DNA of 64,000 nt. Source: Bdellovibrionales bacterium (lineage in GTDB: Bacteria; Bdellovibrionota; Bdellovibrionia; Bdellovibrionales; JAGQZY01). The translations under genes and the position numbers were made by a program. The notes beneath the pieces are model-generated. The model worked only from the letters and a program-made list of their open reading frames with translations, searched no databases and had not been told where the DNA came from. Below are positions 48,459-58,400 of this stretch, one piece after another (position 1 is the stretch's first letter; each line of letters opens with the position of its first letter). The stretch covers positions 133,426-197,425 of the forward strand of contig CAXREJ010000044.1 in NCBI GenBank assembly GCA_964229765.1, written 5' to 3'.

Positions 48459-48486
48459 TCAATTTGGTTGGATTGATAGCCGAATA
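48459..48486 (+). promoter_or_regulatory. Candidate sigma-28 (FliA)-type promoter
   Basis: The -10 GCCGAATA (48479-48486) matches consensus GCCGATAA. The -35 is a weak TCAATTTG versus TAAAGTTT. The SD AAAGGAG and ATG 48509 follow at an appropriate distance. Confidence 0.35.
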
Positions 48487-48508
48487 GTTACATGCAAAGG
48501 AGTGCATA

Positions 48509-49108
48509 ATGATAAGGTTCTCAATATTATTTGTTGCGGTTTTAGTGACACTTAGTTCCTGTTCGACTTTAAAAATACAAGTGGATTCCGATCCCTCTGG
48601 GGCGAATGTTTACCTGAAAGAAGGTAAGAAGCTAAAAAATATTGGTGTTACGCCTGTTGAAATCAATCCCTCGATGATCGCAGGAAAAGACGATGTTCAA
48701 CTGCTTCTAAAAAAAGAAGGTTATCAAAATCATAGTATTTTGATGGCGAACACTTCATTAACGAGTCAGGCTGAAGTTTTTGCTAGTTTACAAAAACTTG
48801 AAAAAATGGAATCAACAATGGTTGCAGAAGGGGCTTCAATCGAGACCCAAAGAAGTCTGGCAAGTATTCAAACTGAGCTCATAAATAAAAATTACCAGCA
48901 AGCAGAGGTCTTAGCAAAATTCTTTTTAGATAAATCTCCTTACTCGCCAGTGGGTTGGAATTTATTAGGCAATGCTTATCTTTTACAAAATAAGAATCAA
49001 GAAGCTCAACAAGCTTATGAGCGGGCTTTGCAATATGATCCCGAAAATAAAGAAACACAGATGATTTTAAATCACCTGCAAACTCAACCAGGAAGGAGGA
49101 ACAACTAA
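48509..49108 (+). CDS. PEGA-domain / TPR-repeat lipoprotein
   Basis: Lipobox VTLSSC/STL. PEGA-like KIQVDSDPSGANVYL and C-terminal TPR-like AEVLAKFFLDKSPYSPVGWNLLGNAYLLQNKNQEAQQAYERALQYDPEN. Confidence 0.55.
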   Translation: MIRFSILFVAVLVTLSSCSTLKIQVDSDPSGANVYLKEGKKLKNIGVTPVEINPSMIAGKDDVQLLLKKEGYQNHSILMANTSLTSQAEVFASLQKLEKMESTMVAEGASIETQRSLASIQTELINKNYQQAEVLAKFFLDKSPYSPVGWNLLGNAYLLQNKNQEAQQAYERALQYDPENKETQMILNHLQTQPGRRNN

Positions 49109-49899
49109 TGTACAATCTTCTTGGTTTTGCTTTGGCATTCTTTCTTATTCAGACGGCTCTTAAAATATTAGGAGTGGGTTCAGAATTCTATTTCGATGAA
49201 GTGGCTTTATTAATTGTTTTTGGTGGAACATTTTCGGCCATGATTATTTCGTTTCCATCAAAATTTTTAATGCGCTTTATTCAAGCTCCTTGGAAAATCT
49301 TTCGCAGCAAAAGGAATTTTCAAAAATACACGATCGAAGAACTTATACAAACAGCCATGAAGGGGGACACTCAGCGAGTTTATCTACAGTCTCTTCTCCG
49401 TAATAATAAAATTGATAGTTTTTTTAAAGAAGGTATTGAACTCTATTTATTAGATTTGGATAGAGAAGAGTTTAAAGATATTTTGACGGAAAGAATTTAT
49501 CGTTCACGGCAAAGAGATGAAGAGTGGGTGAGTCTTTTTAGAAGACTTTCAAAGTACCCTCCGGCATTTGGACTTGTAGGAACGGTTTTGGGTCTTATTA
49601 GTTTGATGCGATCTGTGGGAGAGGGAGCCAATGCCTCTCAAATTGGTTTGAGTATGGCGATTGCACTTGTGGCCACACTTTACGGATTGGCCTTTTCAAA
49701 CTTTGTATTAGCCCCTATTGCAGAGAATTTTCAGAAAACAGCAGAGGATCAAAAAGTTTATAGAGAATTGATGTTAGAAGGCTTACTTTATTTGTTTGAT
49801 CGAAAAAGTGCACTTTCTGTACAGGAAATGTTGAATTCTTATCTCGAGCCCAATCAACGCATTGATCTGCTCGGTTTGAATGAAAGGGTTAGCGCTTAA
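49108..49899 (+). CDS. motA: MotA/PomA-family stator proton(ion)-channel protein
   Basis: Four TM segments, a large charged cytoplasmic loop, and the conserved PAFGLVGTVLGLISLM and MAIALVATLYGLAFSNFVLAPIAENF. The start overlaps the upstream stop (TAATG). Confidence 0.75.
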   Translation: MYNLLGFALAFFLIQTALKILGVGSEFYFDEVALLIVFGGTFSAMIISFPSKFLMRFIQAPWKIFRSKRNFQKYTIEELIQTAMKGDTQRVYLQSLLRNNKIDSFFKEGIELYLLDLDREEFKDILTERIYRSRQRDEEWVSLFRRLSKYPPAFGLVGTVLGLISLMRSVGEGANASQIGLSMAIALVATLYGLAFSNFVLAPIAENFQKTAEDQKVYRELMLEGLLYLFDRKSALSVQEMLNSYLEPNQRIDLLGLNERVSA

Positions 49900-49900
49900 T

Positions 49901-50905
49901 ATGCAGAAAAATAAACTAAGAGCCCCATTTTCTAGTGAAGAAGTCGAGAATAGCTGGGCGATCAGCTATGGCGACATGATCACATTGCTTTTGGGCTTTT
50001 TTGTTATTTTCTTTAATATTAAAAGTGAAACCATGAATATGACTCTCATTCAAAAAGACTTAGACAAGTATTTTAAGAATCAAAGTCAGATTGAGGAAGG
50101 TCGTAAGGTCGCCCAAGTTCAGGATAAAAATGCCGGCCCAGGTGTACCTATTGCCTCTACACAATTAGTTAACTCGTTGAAGTTAAAATCTAATTTGGAA
50201 GGTGAGAGAATTTTAGTGGAGTTCCCGGGAGTGAGCTTTTTCAACTCAGCCTCTCATCAACTCACTGAAAGTGGTAAAGATGTTTTAAAAGATTTCTCAA
50301 GAGCTATCGAGGGTCATTTAGGACAATTTCGCTTAGTCGTTAGAGGTTACACGGATGGAATTCCTGTTTCTAAAGGCTCAAGGTACAAAGACAATTTAGA
50401 GCTTTCCGCTTTTCGCTCCATAAGTGCAATTCGTTTTTTAGCTAATCAAGGATTAAACCTTAGTCAGATGAGAATTGCCGGCTATGGAGAATCTTCATTA
50501 AGTAGGCAAGCAATAAACTCTAAAGACAGGGGTGATGAGAGAAAAATTGTCATTGTGATTGAACCTTTAGACCATACAGAAAAGGTAGAGTCGCAAGGGG
50601 CTTACCTTATGCCAGATAAAGGCATTGAAGAGATTGAAAAAACCAACTTAAATGACCGAAAGATTAGTTCATTAAATACTAAGAATCCTCTTTTGGTTGG
50701 AGCTGAAGAACTATTAGGTGACGAGCTTTCCTGGAAAAACCTAGAGTATAAAAGTAATGAAGCTTTATTTTATATAGATGACCTAATTTCTAAAAATAAA
50801 TTGTATCAGAAATATTTGAATTACCTTGTGGAAAGAAATCTTAAGAAACAAGGCTACTCACAAAAAGAAATTGAGAAAATAAACAAACAAAGGACTAAGC
50901 AATGA
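49901..50905 (+). CDS. motB: MotB-family stator protein with OmpA-like peptidoglycan-binding domain and C-terminal extension
   Basis: WAISYGDMITLLLGFFVIFF carries the conserved channel Asp. OmpA-like VVRGYTDGIPV...NLELSAFRSISAIRFL...RIAGYGES. About 100 extra C-terminal residues. Confidence 0.75.
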   Translation: MQKNKLRAPFSSEEVENSWAISYGDMITLLLGFFVIFFNIKSETMNMTLIQKDLDKYFKNQSQIEEGRKVAQVQDKNAGPGVPIASTQLVNSLKLKSNLEGERILVEFPGVSFFNSASHQLTESGKDVLKDFSRAIEGHLGQFRLVVRGYTDGIPVSKGSRYKDNLELSAFRSISAIRFLANQGLNLSQMRIAGYGESSLSRQAINSKDRGDERKIVIVIEPLDHTEKVESQGAYLMPDKGIEEIEKTNLNDRKISSLNTKNPLLVGAEELLGDELSWKNLEYKSNEALFYIDDLISKNKLYQKYLNYLVERNLKKQGYSQKEIEKINKQRTKQ

Positions 50906-52578
50906 AATGGTTGTTGGTGTTCATAGTATGCCTCTCTGCTATCCCAAGTTTTGCATCGAGACTGCTCGAAGTAGAAGATTATTATCAGAGAAAGACAAGT
51001 GACTTTATAAAGAGTCGATATCCTCATCGAGCTTTTTCAGTCAATATTATTGTGCAGGCAGAAGAGCAGCCTGACTTGAGACAACCGGCATCGAATAGGT
51101 CCGGAGAATCTATAAGTTTACCTTACTTGAATCAGGTCACTTCCCCATCAGTTGGCTTTTGGGAGAGAAAAGATCTTTCTTTAGGGACAATGATTTCCTA
51201 TCTGAAGGGAATTTTTGTAAATGTTGAGATCGAGGGGCAGCTGTCTGAAATTGAACGAGAGAACTTTAAGAAAGATCTTTTTAAGTATTTAAAGCTATCT
51301 GAAATATATGACCGTATTGAAGTTAAAAATGGATTGTGGGGAGAGCGAAGTGAGCTATGGCAGGAAATAAAAGGTGGGGTTCTGGTAGCCTTGGCTTCCG
51401 TCTTGTCTTTAGGTTTTATATTGTTTGCTATTTTTCATCTTGGTGTGGGACGTCTAGTTAATGGATTGGCGAAACCTTTGTCTGAAATTGGTAAGTCAGC
51501 TGAAAGTGTCGCGAACTCCTCAGGAATCTCAACATCTTCAATGCCAAAGTCCTTTGTCGATTTAAATTCTCAAAATCAAAAAGATATTTTAGGGGAAGAT
51601 AAAGTCAATTGGATTGAAAACGAAATGAAAGAACTGTCCACTTTCTTTTCAGAGCCCAATTCTCAGCTTCTTCATTTGTTAGAGAAACATGGATATGAAA
51701 ATCCACATGCCGTGGGATCTTTGTTAAGTTTACTAAGTATTGAGACTTTAAAAGAACTGCTCGTTTGGTCACAAGGTTCTTGGTGGAGAACGGCTGTGAC
51801 TCAGCCAAGTCAATTAACGACAGCTTCAATGAATGTATTGTCAGAAATTATTCACCTTAAGAGAAGACAAGATCTCTTGCGTGAGAATGATGAAAAACAC
51901 AGAGAATTGGAACTGGCATTAACCCGTTTAAATAAGAAAGATTTTGGCACGATACTAAAAGGCTATGAGTTTGAAAAAGCCGAGCCAATATTAAATTTAC
52001 TTCCTTCTGATTTAAAAATGTCGGTGGGAAAATATTTGTATCCTGGAGAATGGGCTCGCTTATTAAAGGCTAATAACCAACCATTAGATGAAAAAATGGC
52101 TCAAACAATTCAATCTCAATCCTTAAAATTAGCACCTAGAAAAAGCACAGAAGAAATCAATCAGTACTTTAAAGACGCTGATTTGTTAAAAGTGCTCGAT
52201 CACTCTAATACTAAGGATGAAAGAGAAATTTATAGAACCTTAGATCAAGACTCTTGGATCGTTAAGAGTCGACAACCTTTTTACGCTATCTTTGATTCCA
52301 ATGAATCTGTATTGGAATCATTGATATTGACCATCCCGCTAGAGTCCTGGGCTATGGCGATCACACATTGTGACAGGGAAGAATGTGACACTTTGTTTAA
52401 GTACTTTAATTCAAGGCAGAAGTATATTCTACGCAACTTTAAAGAGCATTTTAAAAAGCAAAAGTTAGCTTCCTCTTTTGTGGCGCAGGCAAAACGGGAA
52501 ATAGTGATGCGAGTTGCACATCAAATAGAGCAAAATAAAAACTCAGCAGAGGAAAAAGTTCATGAGCAGGCTGCTTAA
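50902..52578 (+). CDS. Membrane-anchored protein with a cytoplasmic FliG-like (N/M/C motif) region
   Basis: Signal/anchor at aa 1-18, a TM at about aa 159-182, then blocks resembling the window's own FliG. These are FEKAEPILNLLPSDL, ENPHAVGSLLSLLSIETLKELL, and FYAIFDS...ECDTLFKYFNSRQKYILRNF...AQAKREIVMRVAHQIE. The start overlaps the motB stop (ATGA). Confidence 0.45.
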   Translation: MKWLLVFIVCLSAIPSFASRLLEVEDYYQRKTSDFIKSRYPHRAFSVNIIVQAEEQPDLRQPASNRSGESISLPYLNQVTSPSVGFWERKDLSLGTMISYLKGIFVNVEIEGQLSEIERENFKKDLFKYLKLSEIYDRIEVKNGLWGERSELWQEIKGGVLVALASVLSLGFILFAIFHLGVGRLVNGLAKPLSEIGKSAESVANSSGISTSSMPKSFVDLNSQNQKDILGEDKVNWIENEMKELSTFFSEPNSQLLHLLEKHGYENPHAVGSLLSLLSIETLKELLVWSQGSWWRTAVTQPSQLTTASMNVLSEIIHLKRRQDLLRENDEKHRELELALTRLNKKDFGTILKGYEFEKAEPILNLLPSDLKMSVGKYLYPGEWARLLKANNQPLDEKMAQTIQSQSLKLAPRKSTEEINQYFKDADLLKVLDHSNTKDEREIYRTLDQDSWIVKSRQPFYAIFDSNESVLESLILTIPLESWAMAITHCDREECDTLFKYFNSRQKYILRNFKEHFKKQKLASSFVAQAKREIVMRVAHQIEQNKNSAEEKVHEQAA

Positions 52579-53101
52579 AGTTGTACTAATTTGCTTCTTA
52601 TTATCAAGTTATGCTCAAGCGGCCACTCAAGTGGGTGTTAAAGCCGGAACTTGGACTTTTTCTCGAAATGGTCAGTCCACTAGCGGTGTGGGAGCCTATT
52701 CTCTTGAAGTGAATCAACCGATTAGACCCTCCATCAGTCTTTCTGTTGGTATTAGTTTTCTTTATGAAAATGGTTTCAGTGGAAGTTCAGGTTATGGCTT
52801 TGATTTTGGTGCCAGGTATTTTCCTTGGACTTTTGCAAGTCATCATCAAGCCGGATCAGAAGACTCATCAGTGGCCTATTCTGAAAAGTTTCGCCCTTAT
52901 GCGGGACTTTTTTTAAGGCAAAGACTTTTTGGATTATCACAATCTGTCAGCTATCTAGGGCCTGGCGTTTCAGCGGGATTAGACTACTCACTCTATGATT
53001 CTTTTTTGCTCAATGCTGAAGCTCGTTATGATCAGTTGCAAGGAAGTGATTCAACAGCAACACAAATAAACCTATTATTTGGTTGTACTTGGGAATTCTA
53101 A
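52562..53101 (+). CDS. Small outer-membrane beta-barrel protein
   Basis: Signal peptide ...SSYAQA/ATQ, about 8 amphipathic strands, and C-terminal LLFGCTWEF. Overlaps the upstream gene by 17 nt. Confidence 0.5.
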   Translation: MSRLLKVVLICFLLSSYAQAATQVGVKAGTWTFSRNGQSTSGVGAYSLEVNQPIRPSISLSVGISFLYENGFSGSSGYGFDFGARYFPWTFASHHQAGSEDSSVAYSEKFRPYAGLFLRQRLFGLSQSVSYLGPGVSAGLDYSLYDSFLLNAEARYDQLQGSDSTATQINLLFGCTWEF

Positions 53102-53165
53102 ATCCCTTTATTCTTTAAATTAAAGAGTTTATTTCTCTTAGAATACGAGTAAAATCCTTTATTGT

Positions 53166-53756
53166 ATGAAAAAACCTCAATGGCTTTCCCATTATGATTT
53201 TGGACCTGTGGTTGAAATGCCAAAATCTTATCATGTTTATGATTTCTCAAAAGAGAAGAGTTCATCCACTTATATTTACAGTGTGGGACGTTATAATGAA
53301 AAACGTCCGCAAATGTACACCACACCTTTATTTAAAAATCAGCACAGAGATATTCATATGGGGATTGACCTAGGAGTTCCTAAGGGATCTCCTGTCTTTA
53401 ATTTTTATAGGGGTGAGTTGATTTATAAAAAAAATAATCAAGGGGAGGGTGACTACGGTCCTACTTTGGTTTTTCGCTATAAGTTTGAATCAATCTATCT
53501 CTATGCTTTGTATGGTCATCTTAGTCTTTCTTCTTTAGATTTACACTCCGTCGGAGATGTTGTTGAAAGAGGGGGGAAGATAGCTTTTGTCGGAGATCAA
53601 ACAGTTAATGGTGGTTGGTTTCCTCATGTGCATTTTCAATTAAGCCTCAAAGATCCTCAGGAGGCGGACATGGCGGGAGTGGTTGCAAGTAAGGATCATA
53701 AACAAGCCTTAGAGCTTTACCCTGATCCACGTTGGGTACTTGGTTCGATTTATTAG
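53166..53756 (+). CDS. M23-family (LytM-like) metallopeptidase-domain protein without an obvious signal peptide
   Basis: HMGIDLGVPKGSPV (HxxxD) and GWFPHVHFQL (HxH) motifs. The N-terminus is hydrophilic. Confidence 0.65.
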   Translation: MKKPQWLSHYDFGPVVEMPKSYHVYDFSKEKSSSTYIYSVGRYNEKRPQMYTTPLFKNQHRDIHMGIDLGVPKGSPVFNFYRGELIYKKNNQGEGDYGPTLVFRYKFESIYLYALYGHLSLSSLDLHSVGDVVERGGKIAFVGDQTVNGGWFPHVHFQLSLKDPQEADMAGVVASKDHKQALELYPDPRWVLGSIY

Positions 53757-53946
53757 CACACAATAAACTTTTTATGAGAATAAGATTTCATCCTACCTTA
53801 TAGAGTGTGGCTTCAATTTTTCTTTATTAATTTTTTGATTCACAATTTGAAGAGATAGGTTTTAAGTAGTTTATTCGTTTTAATCTTCTTTGAAGTCTGA
53901 AAATTTCTTAAGGAAAATAAAAGTTTGGTTTTACAAGTGTAATACA

Positions 53947-53969
53947 GCGTTGCGATATTATCGCAACGC
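53947..53969. terminator. Perfect 10-bp palindromic hairpin downstream of the 430-aa lipoprotein gene
   Basis: gcgttgcgat-att-atcgcaacgc. No clear U-tract on either strand, so it could be a terminator or an operator. Confidence 0.3.
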
Positions 53970-53996
53970 CCTTAAAAATTCCTTCATCACAGATGA

Positions 53997-55238
53997 TTAA
54001 GGTTCCGTGCTTGGATTTGCTGTTAGGACATCAGTTTCATTGCTAAAATTGAGGGTCGTGCTGGCTGAAACGGAAGCAAAATCAGCTCCATTATATCCAG
54101 AAAGAAATGTTCCAAGAAATGCTGATCCGCTCACATTTCCGCCAGCTAGAGCAGTAGCAGAAGCACTGCATAAGCTACCATCAATGGCTATATTCCCATT
54201 GCTTCCATTGACACAGGCTCTGAATTCACCGGCTCCACCAAGTTCATTTTCAGATTCTAAGCTGAGTGAAAACTGGCCTCCTGTTGTATTTGGTTTCCCA
54301 GCAAGAACGAACAAAGTCTCACGATAGTCCTCTCCAGCTGTTTCATCATCATCCATTCCTCTTGCACTTAAAATATAGCCATTGTCTTCATTGGCGTCAT
54401 AAAAGAGTCTGTAAAAGCTGGCATAAGGCCCATCATTATCAGCAGTAGTATCATTCATAGATCCAGCCTGGGGTCCTGAAACGTATTCTCCTTTTAAGAT
54501 ATCGTTAGTCACGTCATAATAGACCACTGTTCTGGAAGCTCTCGGTATACTGTCATAGGTATAAGTTTCTGCTGTTGCAACGTTGATAGATGTAGAGCTT
54601 GCACGAAAATAATAAACTTGCTCTCCACCGTTCATTTCACTGAGATCAATAGTCGCCTTTTTATCAAAATTTGTTGTATCTTCTGCATCTTCAATGACGA
54701 TTGTCATAGAAGTACCGTCTGGAATGTCATCAACATCTTGAAAGTTACATTGAGACTTCATGCCAGCTTTAACACTTGGAGAAAATGAAAAAGTTTGCCC
54801 TTCTGCTCCAGTGTTTTCAGGGTAGCCGCTAGAGTTGCCTAGAGCAACTCCCATAGCACACATTATTTTCATAGCGCCTTGAACTCGACCTACGACGGAA
54901 ATATCGGATCCGTTGTCTCTTTTGGATTCGGCATCAATTTCATTTCCCATATAATCTTTTGTTGATATAAGAGAACAAGATTGTCCTGAACAAGCTTGGT
55001 CTGGCCAATTCGTGTCGACCTCCCAAGCATTTGAGAAATTGGGGGCAGCTGTTGCTTTAATTGCTGACCCTGATTCTCCTTGTATGAAATCAATTTGACT
55101 TAATTTTGTTGATAGCGTTCCAAAGGAAGATGTCATTGGGTTAACGACTTCTGAACTGGTAGTAGCACTATCATCGTTACTACTACAGGCCATTAATGAA
55201 AGAGATAAAACTGCAAAAATAAGATATTTCATTTTCAT
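53997..55238 (-). CDS. Hypothetical lipoprotein (D/S/T/G-rich)
   Basis: ATG 55238 with GGAG 9 nt upstream. Lipobox LSLMAC/SSNDD. No recognised domain. Confidence 0.55.
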   Translation of the reverse strand: MKMKYLIFAVLSLSLMACSSNDDSATTSSEVVNPMTSSFGTLSTKLSQIDFIQGESGSAIKATAAPNFSNAWEVDTNWPDQACSGQSCSLISTKDYMGNEIDAESKRDNGSDISVVGRVQGAMKIMCAMGVALGNSSGYPENTGAEGQTFSFSPSVKAGMKSQCNFQDVDDIPDGTSMTIVIEDAEDTTNFDKKATIDLSEMNGGEQVYYFRASSTSINVATAETYTYDSIPRASRTVVYYDVTNDILKGEYVSGPQAGSMNDTTADNDGPYASFYRLFYDANEDNGYILSARGMDDDETAGEDYRETLFVLAGKPNTTGGQFSLSLESENELGGAGEFRACVNGSNGNIAIDGSLCSASATALAGGNVSGSAFLGTFLSGYNGADFASVSASTTLNFSNETDVLTANPSTEP

Positions 55239-55481
55239 GTAAATGCTCCGTTGAGAAAATATTAATAATTTGTATTTTTCTATCGACAATTTTTTTGAAT
55301 GGTATTAACTATTTTTGATCAACTTCAAATTGAAGCTCAATTCATCTTAAAACTATTTTAAAGTATTGATAAAAGACTACATTAAAAACAACTGTTCTTA
55401 TTTAGTATTCTCGTTTTTCATGATGTTTTCATTCTATGAAAAGAGTCCTTAATTGTATGGTGCTAATAAAGGACTGTGTGC

Positions 55482-58400
55482 TTAAGGAGAAAGTTTTACT
55501 TTACGGATAACGTGATTGTAGGTGTCTCCAATATAAAGATCACCGTTTCCATCAAAAGTCACTCCAGAAGGGTATAGGAGTGTTGCCGATGTGGCTAAAA
55601 TCCCCTCTTGTGAAAAATCGAATGTTGATCCTCCACTGGGTGAGTTTTCACTTCTTCCAGCGACAGTGTTGACAAAACCGGTTGTTGTATCAATACAGCG
55701 AACGTTGTGTCGGTTTCTTTGTGCATAACAAAGTTGGTTGTTGTACAATGCAAGACCTACAGGTTGGTTACAGCGAGCCGAGGTGGCAAGAACATTTTCG
55801 TTTGGTGAGCCACCTGTTCCACTGATGCAAGCAATGACTTTTACACGATTGGCATTGATTGTCGTAGGACCAATATTCACTGGAGCCGCTGTACGGTTCC
55901 AGTACCAAATATGATGATTGCTAAAGTCTGAAATAAAAAGATTACCAAGGCTATCTATGGCAATGTCTTTGGGTCGATTAAAACGAGCAGCGGCTTCTGC
56001 GACGTCGAACCCTGGATTACCCGATGTACCACAAAGTCCAAGGACAGTTGTTACATTTCCAGTATTATCCAACTTTCTTATACAGTGATTGTTTGAGTCC
56101 GCTATAAAAACCTCTGGATTGCCACCGTTATCGTAGAAACGGGCAGAGTTAGGGTGATCCATTTGAGCACTCACACCGTTACCATCACTTGTTCCAGGGG
56201 AAGCATAGTTTCCGGCGAGTGTTGTAATTCTATCAGAGGTGATATACTGATTAAAATAAGTATTACCAGTTTGAGTGCGATTCCAAAGTCTTAGATTGTG
56301 ACCATCACTATTTAATTGCAGAAGACTTCCATCGGGTAATAAATCAAATGCCGTTATCGTAGTGTCATTTCCGTTAAAGGTTGTGCGCATGGGTGCGCCC
56401 CCTGGAAAGTCATCATCAATAATGGGATCTCCAGCAGCATCACCATTACCAACGACTGTTTTTAAAAGTCCATATGGATTAACGCTCCTAATAGTTTGAT
56501 TATGTTGGTCTGCAATGAAAAGAGTATTGGTGCTATCTTCATAAGTAATGCCCGTCGGATAGTCGAGAAGATGTTGAAAGTGAGGTTTTTCGGCATCATT
56601 GGTAAAGCCGTTTTTACCACTGCCAGATCCTAACAAGTTAGCAATACTTCCGCTCGCAATATCAACGGCTCTTACGCGGTAATTGGTGTAATCAGCAATT
56701 AACAATTCACTATTGTTAATCGGATTAATAGCAAGATGGTAGGGTTGATTAAAGCGTGTGGAGTTAACACCAAAATTAACACCATTGTAGCCACCACTAA
56801 TACTACTGAAGCGACCGAGCTGTCCGTTGGGAATTGTTTGAGCATCAATGGTAATAGGAGCAGGGGAATTATTGCCTAAAACAAGGTGATGTCTTTGGCG
56901 ACCAGATACATAAATTTCATTAAGGTTTCTAACAAAAACACTGGTTGGCAAGCCGATTGGAGAGCTGAGTGGATTACCAGTGGCAGGAGTATTACCTGTA
57001 CCACCATCACCCATAATAGTGGCAACATTGCCGTTACTGACAGTAAGGGCGTCAGGATTTCCTGCCCAAAAGTTAATGGGACCTCCAGAATGATTTACAA
57101 ATCGGACGACATCGAGATCATATAAGGTGACATAGATTCCGTTGGTATCAACAAATAAACCATATGGTCTACGCATTCCACCAGAAGTGGCGGCAATATT
57201 TTCACCAGCGCCGTCTGCACCACCATCACCAGCAACAACATAAGCAAGGTCTGTTGATAAATCCCATCTTTTAACTCGGTGGTGGTCATAACAAGTGACA
57301 TAAAGGCTGCCGGCATAACCAAATAAATCCACAGGACGATTGCAGTCATGATTGTAGGCTGAGTCACCATCGACATGAGAGTTTGATCCTCCCATTCCAG
57401 TAAAGACAACTCCTGAGCTATTTACAAATTTAACTTGATGTCCATCGTATTCGGCAATGAAGAGTCGATCTCCAACTTCATCGTACCATAGACCATAAGG
57501 ATTATTAAGAGGAGATTGAGTGGCTGGGATTCCGATTGCACCTGTTGCATCTTCACCTGTACCAGCGACCACTTGAATCACTCCGGCAGGGATTGTTTGC
57601 CCAATGCGAGTCACGGGGGCACCGGTTTGGTTCCAGTACCATACGACCATACTATCAAGATCTGATATAAAAAGATTTCCGTTGGACTCTTGATGGAATT
57701 TAAAAGGTCTAAAGCGCAATGGAAATTGGGTATTATTTGCTGCTAGTTGGTTTCCTTTATGAGCGCCACCGGCAAATGTACAAATTTGACCTGTCTGTAA
57801 TTGATTACATGCTTGGTTGAAGTAATTAATTTCAACATTCCAAGTGTACTGACTTGAACGTGTTCCATCACTGACATTGAGAGTGATGGTTGCATTTCCA
57901 ACTTCTGTGGGATCGCCAGTTAAAGTTCCAGTGCCGCTAACTCCAGTGAGTAGAGAAGAAGTGGCTCCATTAAGAAGCCAAGTGTAGGTGAGAGAATCGC
58001 TGTTAGGGTCGCTGGCTGTAGCATTAATATTAAGTGTTCCGTCGTAAGCCACTTTTGGTGTGCCTGTGGTAACAGGTGTAATAACGGGTGGTCCATTGAT
58101 CTTAATATTCCAGGTTCGCGATTTAGTGGTTGTATTGTCTGAGGCTTGAGCGACTAATGTATAAGAGCCAACATTGCTCACATCTCCTGTTAAGGAGACA
58201 ACATTGGTTGCGCCAATCGGCTGTCCATTGAGTGTCCACGAATAAGTGAGTTGGGCAGGGTAAGGAGATATTGCCGTGATAACAAAGTCTTTAGTTTCAT
58301 TAATTTCTATAATGATATTGTTGCTACCAGGTATGTAGCTAGTAATTTCTAAGTCACCACCAACAACAGTAGTTGTACCACCTTCTCCGGCTAATATGCC

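Noticed and set aside
49108-50905. Zorya-type anti-phage system (ZorA/ZorB are MotA/MotB homologues)
   Set aside because: The MotA homologue is of normal length (263 aa) without the long ZorA C-terminal tail. No ZorC/ZorD-like (helicase/nuclease) genes follow. The neighbours are envelope and FliG-like proteins, and a FliA-like promoter is present.
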